Of a stretch of DNA of 64,000 nt, positions 53,620 through 64,000 are shown piece by piece. Both the position numbers and the translations under genes were made by a program. The notes under the pieces were generated by a model, which searched no databases, was not told the DNA's origin, and saw only the letters and a program-made list of their open reading frames with translations. Source of the DNA: Octopus vulgaris (taxonomy: Eukaryota); NCBI GenBank assembly GCA_951406725.2, contig OX597823.1, positions 43,710,001 to 43,774,000 of the forward strand. Direction: 5' to 3'. Numbering within the stretch: position 1 is the stretch's first letter; each line of letters opens with the position of its first letter.

Positions 53620-56112
53620 ATATATGACGATAACGGTTTGAACGGGACTAGAACCAGTGGTGAAAGTGCCGCACCCGGCAGGTGCCCTACTGTGCAGTAG
53701 GGTGGGCCCGGTCTTAATCCAACAACTGCTAGCCATATTACAAGGCACAATCCTTGTACTGGTCAAATTATGCAATATGATCGTAAACGCAAGCGCTCTG
53801 TTGATGTGAACTAAAAGGCGATCCAGTGTCATGAACAAGCCTTGCTAGACAAGAACAATGGCAAATGTAATGCTATCGGAAAAAGATAATTAGAACTTTG
53901 GAACCAGTAGGGTATGTTCCAGATTACTGAAAATGGACTCGTTAATCAGATAAGAATAATTCGGAATAGAGGCTTTCTTAATGAGGCACAGATTCAGACA
54001 ATCAGGAAAAGCCTCTGTAGTGGTGAGAATCTTGAGGAGAATAACGTAGGAGAAGATCAGCGAATGCAGAGGCAAGATGAATCTGTAGTGAAGGAGAGAC
54101 CGGCCAATCAGTATAAGGTAGAAAACCCTGAAATAAGAGAGTATATGATAGAGGAACAGAGAAACCTCAGGAAAAGACTCGAGGATATAAGGATTACAAG
54201 AACAGAGACCAAGCCGGTGAATCTAAGAAGCTTCGACCGTGAAACGCGCAATGTGAAACGCGCAACCCAAAAAGTTGATGAGATTCTGAAACACATTCTG
54301 ACAAAAGATCTAACAGAAAGAAGGGACTCGATCAGATCCACTTCAATTTTAGTAGGTGAACTGGTTGGAAAGAAAGAGAGGAAAGTAGACGGACAGAAAG
54401 AGCCAAGGTGAAAGCGGAGAATTGAAGACAATATACTAACTTTACGTAAAGATCTAAGCCGCATAGAAGAATGGTCAAAAGGGCAATGGAAAAATGGTAA
54501 AGAAAGTGCAAGAGTATATCTTGACGCGAGGTACCAAATAGAAATGAAAGGGTTCAAAACTGCCATCAAAACCATAAAACAACGTGTGCAGGCTAAAACA
54601 TTAAAAGTATAGTGCTACACTGACCGCATATCGCAGTTTCAGCAAAGCCGGTTATTCTCAGACAAACAGAAGCAGTTTTTTAAAGGTTTAGAAGGAAACA
54701 CAGAAGATAATACACCCCCTGAAGCAGAAGAAAGCCGCCAATTTTGGAATAACATCTGGGGGCAAGACGTTTTGCACAACCAGAGAGCTGAGTGGATTCA
54801 TTCCGTGAGATACATACTCCATCACCCGGAGGTTCCACGACAGGACTATGTGCGCATAACAATGGAAGATGTCCTTGCACAGATATCAAAATTGCCAAAC
54901 TGGAAAGTAGTAGGACTAGATGGAATTCAAGGCTACTGGCTCAAGTGGTTTAGGTCAATACACAAGAGAATTGCGTTGCAATTATTCAATTTCCTACAGA
55001 GCGGTACACTTCCGGAGTGGATGGTAGAGGGAAAAAAGCGGAGAAAAGGAGAAAAGCAAAGCAAGACGTACAAAAAGGATAAGTAAAAGCATTGCGTAAC
55101 AAGGGACTACATAATCACTTTCAAGTAACCTTGACTGAAATTACTGGAAAACAGGTGGAACTGGCTGAAGAAAGCAGCACTGAAAACAGAGACTGCGTGC
55201 ACCATACTGGCAACGCAAGACCAAGCTTAGGCCACAAATTGGAAGGTCAACCTTAGGAATGTGCAAGTGCCTCCATTGTGCCGAATCTGTAATTAGAGTG
55301 GATGAAATCATTGTCCATATCGTGAAAGAATGCCCTACACTTGCCCAAATCCACTATAAGTTGAGACGAAACGATGAGGTGACGAACGTGTTACACTGGA
55401 AACTATGCCAAACGTGAAGCCTTGAGAGGGGTAACACGTAGTATGAACACAAACTGAAGACTGGCGGAGTCGGAGACTTGTAATCCTGTGGGATTTCCCA
55501 ATCCAAATTGATCAGGTAATAGAGCACAAGTCGGACCTAGTAGTGGTGCAGAAGGTGAAGCACATTTGCTATATAATTGATGATGAGTTCCCCTTTCGGC
55601 CTCAAACAGTCAAGAAGGAAGGCGAAACAATATATATATACAATCCTCTTAGGTACGAAATAGCCCGGCTATGGAGAATGAAGAAGGTGAGGATAGTGCC
55701 AATTATTGGTGGGTCCTTGAGGACGGTAGCAGTAGACATCCAGGGGAAAATAAAGGAAATCGGAATTCACGTAATCAGGGTCGGCCCTAGGATTGCTGGT
55801 GCCCCGGGTAAGCTGTACTGCAGCGTGTACAAGCTGAAGATCGTGAATATTTCTTTGTTTTTGTCACGCCTTCCTTGGTGCCCCCTACCAAATGGTGCCT
55901 CGAGCGACTGCCCGAATTGTTGATTCCTTGAGCCGGCCCTGCTCGTAGCGTGCCCAGAAGAGCTGTTACAAAAGGTTTACCTTCTTGGCACGGCCACAAT
56001 AATCAGGAAAGTATTAGGTAGCTGAACATATAGCATAGTACGTTAGGCTGCAGGTAGCAAGTCCGCTACGCATGCAAGACTCGAGGGGTTTCAACAAAAC
56101 CTGAGTTAAAAG
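53620..56112 (+). mobile_element. R4/Dong-like RLE non-LTR retrotransposon, decayed, central RT deleted
   Basis: GMFQITENGLVNQIRIIRNRGFL, EPR*KRRIE..LRKDLSRIEEW, NWKVVGLDGIQGYWLK, CCHC knuckle CRIC..HIVKEC, RLE region ILWDFPIQ..SDLVVV..IID, and C-terminus LLQKVYLLGTATIIRKVL*. Confidence 0.88.
55776..55941. mobile_element. hAT-type MITE nested in the LINE
   Basis: TIRs CAGGGTCGGC / GCCGGCCCTG with subterminal GGTGCCC motifs; it interrupts the LINE C-terminus; decayed 8-bp TSD CACGTAAT / CTCGTAGC. Confidence 0.75.
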
Positions 56113-57550
56113 GAATATATGAGCTAAGGGAGATAACTCAACTGGACTAATGGCATGCATTTGGACGTCATCAACATAGAATTGTCTACTTAAGCCTGTT
56201 TAAATAGTTGGACAGGTTTTAGCATATAGAAAAATATTATGAATAATTTATGGTCATTATAAACTGCATAATTGAAAAAAAAATAATAGGGTCAAAGGGG
56301 AATAACCTAAATAAACTAATGACATGACATGAATTTGAATATATGTTAAGGATGGTGGGCTGAGTATTGTGTGAAACAGTTTATAAAAGCTAAAAACAAC
56401 ATTCTTAATTGAATTTTTCCATTTAGTCGGAGAAAGAATATAACAATCGAGAGAGTGCCGTTTGGAGAAGAAAGAAAGAACGAAGAAAGAAGGAAAGAAA
56501 GAAAAAAGAAAGAAAGAAAGAAAGAAAGAGTAAGAAAAAAAGAAAGAAAGGGTAAGGAAGGAAAAAGGAAACAAAGGACAACTCAGAGAAAGAAATAAAG
56601 AAAAGAAGAAAAATAGAAAATGGATAAAAGAAAAGAATGAAGGAAAGAAACAAAGGGAAGGAAAGGGCGAATATTCTGTTGAATGAATGAAATGAAATAG
56701 AAAGAAATTGAGAAGAGAACGCAGGTAAATAAAAAGTTAGGTGGATTGATGTAGGGAACGTAAGAATATAATCTGAAGAACGAAGTATTGAGAAAGAACA
56801 AATGGAAGAAAAAAATAAAGAAAAAAGGTAGAAGCAACGATTGAAAAAAGAATGAAAAATATTTTTCAACCAAAAAAAAAGGAAACGAAAAAAAGTGGAA
56901 AAGAAAGAGAGAAGAAAAGAGAAAAAGAAATATGAAAAAATAAATTCAACAGAGAAAAAGGCAATATATTCATAAATGAATAAAAACGAATGATGAAAAT
57001 AAATAAATAAAGGTATAAATGTAAGAAGCTAAAACGTAAATAAAAGAAAATACGAAGTGTGTGTGTGGGGGGGGGGGGATGGGTGCGTTTACACACACAA
57101 GAACAACAAGGAATAACGAAGAAAAACAGAAACGGAAGGAACGAAAGAGAAAGCTGGTGATCGATTATTAAGATAAAGGTATAACCATCTTCGGACATAA
57201 AATCGATTTCTCACTCTTCGACAATGATTTTATTCTCGTCTTTCGACACAAACATGTCGATATTTCAGTTGGTAATTATGATAAAGTTAATTAAACTTCT
57301 ACTTATTTGTTTCCTTTATTAGTTTTGCTCTTTACCATTTTTATTCTAAATTCCTCGTTTCCATCTTTATTTTAATTCCTCCATAGTGATGAAACCACAT
57401 TAAAATTTCTTTTATCAATTATTTGGGGTTTTTTTTATTTAAATTTTGGTTTCTTTCTACTGTTACTTTATTATTATTTCAGTTTAACTTTTTAAAAATT
57501 TGTCTGCATATTCAGTGCCTTTTTGGGATATATGTGTTTATGTGTGTGTC

Positions 57551-57639
<89 letters not shown>

Positions 57640-57751
57640 GTATATGTATATGTATGAGAAAGTATGTATACATATGTGTATGTGTGTGTCTGTGTCTTTG
57701 CCTGTGTCTGTGCCTGTGTATGTGTATCCCTGTTGTGTGTGTAAAGGAGCA

Positions 57752-58085
57752 TTGCTCAGTGGTTATAGCATTGGGCTTATATTCGTAAAGTTGTGAGTTC
57801 GATTCCCGGACCAGGCTGTGTGTTGTGTTCTTCAGCAAGGCGCTTTACTTCACGTTGATTCCAGTTCACTCAGCTATAGAAAAGAGTCGTTGCATCACTG
57901 GTGAAGCTGCAATGGCCATTACCTTTCCCATGAACAACATCGATGGGCTGACGTGGTCTGGCATGAAGCTAGGAGACTCCTATGTACAGGCGACTGCAGT
58001 TCTTACGCAAACAAAATTGCACAGATTTGTACTTCGGGGGAAGGTCTATGTGCAATAACTTGGTCATTCGTGATCGAAGTATGTG
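57752..58085 (+). mobile_element. tRNA-derived SINE
   Basis: TTGCTCAGTGGTTA..GAGTTCGATTCCCGGACC..TGTGTTCTTCAGCAAGGCGCTTTACTTCACGTTG. Confidence 0.72.
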
Positions 58086-58099
58086 TAGAATGATTGATA

Positions 58100-58184
<85 letters not shown>

Positions 58185-58326
58185 ACCAGCAATTTCGGAA
58201 AGTTTGAATATCACAACCTCTGGTTTTTCTTACCAATCTCTGGATTCATTTACATTTCTTAACTCTTAAATTTATTTTGTGATGAGATATTGTTGTTTTC
58301 TTTCACAAAAGCAAACTCTCCTTAGG

Positions 58327-59222
58327 AGAAAGAAACACAGAAATAAACAGAGAGAGAAAAAAAGGTCTAGTGGCTAGTGATCTATCATGGCGAATGCCGG
58401 TCAGAGGGGTCATACAGGAGACCTAGGAAGAAGGGGAGATAAAAATTAGTGATGATCCCAAAATGAAGGTGCTCGTGCGTGTGCATGAGAGAGCGTGTAT
58501 GTGCGTGTGGAAGGAAGCTGGTGACCTTGACGTGTGCGTGTATGCATGTGTAGGAGTGTGGATGATGGTGTGGGTGCCGGGAAGTGGTCAGTGCTAGTGT
58601 GTGCGGGGTGGTGTGATGTGGTGTGGTTTGGTATGGTGTGTGGTGGTGTTTGGGTGTGTGGGAGGCGAGAATGGGGGAAGCAAGGGTGGGATGTAAGGGA
58701 TGGGTAGGGTTGGAATGTGATGTATAGGGATAGTGGGGCTGGAATGTGTAGGGGTGTGGTAACGAGGAAGGCATTTTAGATGAATGGAGAGGGTGGAAGG
58801 GAAAAGGTGAGTAGGAGTGAAGAGAGGAAGTAGGTGTCAGAGCAAGAGAGCAGAGGTGGGTTGGAGGAAGTAGATGTGAGAGGAAGAGAGGAGAGAGGAG
58901 GAGGGTTAGATGAAGAAGGAGGAGCGTTGAGTGCGTGTGGCGCAAAGGAGCGAAGAAAGAAGATTAATCCCTATTCACGTCGAAGACGGGAGTCCAGATG
59001 GCCCCTGTGCAAGGATAATCCGAACATAGACAGGTGTTGTAAAGAATGACCGGTAGAGCGGAAATGGCGCGAGACCGGGGTGTCGTTGTCGAGTCTGATG
59101 TCCCGGAATTGTTCCGCGAACCGGTCAGCCAATTCGCGTCCCGTTTGACCGATTTATAAAGAAGGACAGAGAGAGCAGGAGATGCAGTAGATGACGTTGC
59201 TAGAAGTGCAGGTGAAGGAGTC
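58327..59222 (-). mobile_element. Penelope-like (Neptune-type) element: GIY-YIG endonuclease remnant plus 3' UTR
   Basis: Minus strand DSFTCTSSNVIYCISCSLCPSL*IGQTGRELADRFAEQFRDI..TPVSRHF..GHS..GLSLH..RE*GLIF..PHALN at ~58915-59221, followed by a CA/CT-rich UTR. Confidence 0.9.
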
Positions 59223-59394
59223 AGTGCCGTAAGTCCAAAATGTTGCTTTTTTTTTGAAAACGAAAAATTACTTTCACCACTTCATAGCAAAACCGTTGCA
59301 CTAAACTTAGACAATTTTTGATATTTTGGACATACAACAGTTTAACATAATACCAAAAAACATATATATATATATATATATATAAAACAAAAAT

Positions 59395-59970
59395 AAGGAT
59401 CACATCTTTATTTGTTGAATTCACCATACAAAGCCGATTATTGTTTCTGTCGTATCCACATACTTAGATACGTATTTGTAATATTATTCAAATTAATATA
59501 TCCGAAAATACATGTTAATTTCTAAGGTCATTTAAAATTAATTAAATTAACATGGTAATGTTGAGGTACGACAATTAGAAATATGGAGATTCTACGTCAC
59601 GACAGTTAGTTATTTATCTATTAAATATATACGAAACATTTTTGAAAAATTATGCTTATTATATAATATATCAAAAGCAATTATAGTTAAAAATTGAAAT
59701 ATTTCAATGCCTTCTGAAATTTGTAACAATTTCATTGTAAAATTACCATTATAATTTAATAATGTTAATTTAGAAATGATCATCTAGTACATTTCTGACG
59801 AAATTTTCTTAGTTCATTTTCAATTTAATTAATTTTGAATCTTGAAAACGATATGTTAACATGTATTTTCGCATATATAAATATGGATATTTTATGTGTC
59901 TTAATATGCCGATACAACAGAAACGGTTGTCGACATTGTCTGATGAATTCAACAATTAAACACGCGATTC
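59395..59970. repeat. Old diverged fold-back/MITE-like inverted repeat
   Basis: TTGTTGAATTCA..GTTTCTG..GTATC and CGAAAATACATGTTAA on the left mirror TTAACATGTATTTTCG and GATAC..CAGAAAC..TGAATTCAACAA on the right. Confidence 0.7.
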
Positions 59971-60201
59971 TCTATCAGTATTTTTGTTATCTAATACTCT
60001 AAATTTCACGAAATTCTTCTAAATGATATTTGGGTCTACTTGTCATTCATGAGGAATTCTCTTGGTTGTGTATTCTACTTGCATCTATTGGTATCTGATT
60101 GTCTGATATAGTTTTAAAAATTCGTTTGAATCTGAGTACTTTATTGATATCTGCCTGGACTTTTTAACCTCTTTTTTCTTCTCCTCCCCTCTCTCTCTCT
60201 T

Positions 60202-60245
<44 letters not shown>

Positions 60246-60706
60246 ATTTGAACACGAAACCTAAAGGACTAGAAAGATGTAGAATTACTGCAAGGTGTTC
60301 TTTTACTTGAAGCTCAAACGATTCTACCAGGTCGCCACCTATTAACACGCGTGATATAATGGCTTCTAATTTAGATGCAACACTGACAATTTCTCGACAT
60401 GAAACAGTCATTCTAAGCCAGCGGTCACAGCCTTTCCCACAATCAAACTAGAGTTAAATCAGAAACTGTTAGTGGTCTTCCAATTACGACATGTCGGATG
60501 ACAATTCATTTCTCAGGATTTCATTAAGACTTTTACATTTTTTTCTCTTTCTATTGGGCTTTATGCTTGTTTTTTTCATTTTTTCATTTACTTGATGCTT
60601 TGGTGTTTTATCCTCCTTTGAACAGTCAAAAAGAAGTATTTTTGTCCTGCCCCATTCCGAGCACAACGATGTGCATCATGTCGAAAAGAAACAAATTCTA
60701 TGAATT

Positions 60707-60768
<62 letters not shown>

Positions 60769-61399
60769 CACACATACATATTGACACACATGCATATTAT
60801 ATACATATATATATATATATACAAATACACACATATTAATGTGAGTAGATATGTAAATGTGTGTATGTATGTGTATGTATATATATATTTATATATAAAT
60901 GTGTATGAATATATATATATATACATGAAGTTACATCCTTACATATACAGAGATCCCTCGCTTTGCGGAATCCTTTCCTATATATCTAGCCGTAACACGA
61001 ACTTAATTTCCTGTTGATTTTCATATAATATTAAGATTGCGTTCCTACGAACTTCTTCGAAAGAAAAAAAATCACAAGAAAACAGAAAACAAGAGAGAAC
61101 AAGCAATTCGATCATCTTTATATAGGAAAATGACAATTTCTAAATGTGCAGAATAGTATAGAATAGATACATGCAAAAAAAAAAAAACCTTTCGTGTGAA
61201 ATAAGGTGAAGAATCGTAATATCGTAAAAGAAAGTTTTTACCACAAAAGATGTTGTTCACAATGCGGGAGGTGGTGGCGGAATGATCGTTACGAGGGAGG
61301 TGAGGGGCTATATTTATTAAATTATAGTTTGTGATCATGGAAATCAGCTTAACGGGTGAATACCTTATCCAAAGTTTATTATATTTTATGGCACATCAT

Positions 61400-62700
61400 C
61401 TCTTTGTACAGCTTAGTACAGGACCTCATTGTAAACTTTTCGTGTAACTTTTATGCTACATTCACGATTAGGATTATCACCAGCAAAAACCTGCAACCTT
61501 CCTCTGTAAGTGCAAAGCTTTAACAATAATTTTCGTTATCAGTTTAAGTTGTGTAAGTGGAACTTTCGTTGTCTCATCTGTATTCTTAACTTATTCTTTT
61601 TCTAACACCAGCTCCTCGTTTAATGTCACAAGTACAATTTAGCCATATATTTTTCCAAGCAACTTTCAGATTTGGTTTCACTTCATCCCATACCTCAGCT
61701 AAATTATCCGCAGCATCTATTACGTTGAATTTCTGCCTTGGCTGGAGCAAAGAAGTTCTATTCTTGAGGACATATTCAGCCCTCACATTATCATCTATCT
61801 TCGCTGGGTGGCTCGGTGCATTGTCCAAAAGAAGCAATGGTTTGTTGGAAATATTATGTCTGTCATTGTACCTTTATACGGAGGGACATAAAATGTTTTA
61901 AAACCACTCGTTAAAAAGGCTCTTAACCATCGAAGCCTTATTTGACCGCCAAATCAGAAGTAAATTAAACTTTGTGTAACTCATGAAAGTCCTTGGATTT
62001 TCAGAGTGATATACGTGTAGGGGGGTTTAATTTCATATCACACGCGTCATTTCCTCCCAGATGAAGTGTCAGATATTTTTGGAAGTCCTAGTGTTCATTT
62101 TACCTCTCGAAAAATAGAAGTTCTAGCAAATAAGCACCGCTAGAATAGTGCGGTCATCAACATTGTGTACTTGCTATTGTGTGTAGCCCCATTCAGAAAT
62201 CACTTTCTTCAACTTCTTATGATAATTATTAGCAGTTTCCGTATCAGCACTCACAATTTCGCTACTTGAACCTTTCAAACTAGCCTTTACTAGTCAAACA
62301 GAGTTTTTCAAAAGACGTTTCACCTTTTTTCGGCAAATAGTCATATAAACATGTAACTCATTTTTCAATTATCCATTACGCCGATATTGACCTTCCATCC
62401 ATACACACTCTCGAGTCATTCCATTTTAAGCACTATATGAGATCTATGGAAAAATAATGTCTGGACAGTTAACAGAGTAGCTTCTTGAGCACTTGATATA
62501 ATTTTCTCTCTGTTATCAAGTATTGCTCCCACTGTAGACGTTACAAGATTTAATGTTTTGGCAAACTTAGTTTTACTTCCGCATCAAGTAACTTTAAAAC
62601 ATGAAGTGTAATTCCTTTACGGCTCCTTTTCGTACTACTGACTTTAGGCTGGCTTGATAACTTCTTTCCATATATCTCAGACTGAAAGCAAATCCAACAG
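61400..62700 (-). mobile_element. Decayed Tigger/pogo (DDE_1) transposon
   Basis: LVTSTVGAILDNREKI (CENP-B-like HTH), YHSENPR..IWRSNKA..FNEWF and LLLLDNAPSHP...TSLLQP. Confidence 0.85.
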
Positions 62701-62899
62701 CAGCAGCGATTAATCCACAGCAAATATGTAGCAAAAAGACTTGTCGCGGGAAAGATTTACTTTGTGAAAGCAGCGTTATTCCTATGGATGTAATAATGAC
62801 AATGAGATGACTCAGGAAAAGAAAATACTGTGATTACAGTTAGCTTGAAGGGTTACAAGATTTTATTAGCAATTCGCTACTTGCACTTCTAAGGAGACA

Positions 62900-63157
62900 G
62901 AAAGGGAGAAGAAAAAAAAAACATAAAAGTTGATAGTTCAACTTTCCGAAGTTATAAAAACTAGATCATGAGTCTTTGGGTGCAATCCTACGTAGATCCA
63001 TGAGCAGTTTATTATTTAAGCTAACGTCGATTCCTCCGTGGTGTTGTTTTGCATGGATCTACGCAGGATTGCACCCAAGGACTCATGCTCTGGTTTTTCT
63101 AACTTCGGAAAGTTGAACTATGAACTTTTATGCTTCTTTTTTCTTCACGCTTTCCAT
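62900..63157. repeat. Inverted repeat with ~100-bp arms and ~45-nt spacer
   Basis: ATAGTTCAACTTTCCGAAGTTA..TTGGGTGCAATCCT.CGTAGATCCATG pairs with CATGGATCTACG.AGGATTGCACCCAA..TAACTTCGGAAAGTTGAACTAT. Confidence 0.92.
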
Positions 63158-63242
63158 TTGCTTATTGTTTTACACCCTTCCTCTATGTTGTCATCTTATT
63201 GATATATACCATTCTCATTTTCCATACTTTCTTCCCCTATTT

Positions 63243-63298
63243 GTATCTGATGACGGAATATCCCAAACTCGAGGATATCTCAGAAACAGCTATAAAAA
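63243..63298 (+). ncRNA. Hammerhead ribozyme motif, stems I and III decayed
   Basis: CTGATGA-C GGAATATCC..GGATATCTC A-GAAA-CAGCTA-TA; related to 27761 and 30667. Confidence 0.65.
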
Positions 63299-64000
63299 TT
63301 TGAATTTCTTCCTATAATAATATTGCATATGACTTAAGATATTTGTCTTGCCTTAATGTTTGGCGTCCTGTTCAACTATTATAAATCCGCTGCTTCGGAA
63401 ATCTGCAATGACTCCATAACTATGGTCTCGGCTATAAATAACCTTGGAGCCCCAATAATCCGTTACGGCACTTACCTAGTGTACCTAATCGTTTAGATCT
63501 CCTGTGAACTAAACCCCCATACTTTCTGTATATATGTGTGTGAGCGTGTGTGTGTATACATATGTATATATACACACACACACACACATATACATATATA
63601 TATGCATATATATATATATGTGTGTGCATATATATATGTGTGTGCATATATATATGTATGTATATAAACATGAACACACACATTATATCGATTTCGTTAA
63701 GGTGTTCACAAAAAGTGTGAGTGTCACAACCTACTCCATTTTTTTTTTATTAATGTTTCATTTCATCAACACTTATGTTTGAACAAGTCACCAATTAAAA
63801 TGCTATAACATTACACACCCACAAAAACACATGCACATACACTCACACATACTCATAATCCACCATGAAACTAGATTCTTCCCAATACTAATTTCTTTTC
63901 CGACCGTTTCATTTCAGCTGATTAAATTTTAAAACTATACAGTATCAAGGTAATCAGCAATAGTTAATTTTTTATATTTACTACTATCATCACCATCATC

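Noticed and set aside
59900-59960. GAAAC-GGTT-GTC-GACATTGT-CTGATGA, a possible type II hammerhead
   Set aside because: Stem II flanks do not pair, and the inverted partner arm lacks the core (GTATGGTGA).

Overview
AT-rich, microsatellite-dense eukaryotic DNA with no host protein-coding exon that I can recognise. It is probably intergenic or intronic. The tRNA-derived SINE families and repeat landscape suggest a cephalopod, most likely Octopus (inference). Almost all listed ORFs are simple-repeat artefacts. Real content is decayed transposable elements: Penelope-like elements (two GIY-YIG types) with their pLTRs, an R4/Dong-like RLE LINE, a CR1/L2-group LINE end, a probable Tx1-like LINE tail, two mariners, a Tigger/pogo, a hAT element and a hAT MITE, Helitrons, a Helentron-type HINE and many SINEs. 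The standout signal is non-coding: about a dozen type I hammerhead ribozyme (HHR) motifs from several families on both strands. These include a near-perfect ~558-bp tandem dimer with one intact HHR per unit (retrozyme/circRNA-like), fold-back pLTR pairs with an HHR on each strand, and a perfect hairpin whose turn lies inside an HHR stem II. All calls were made by eye, without database searches.
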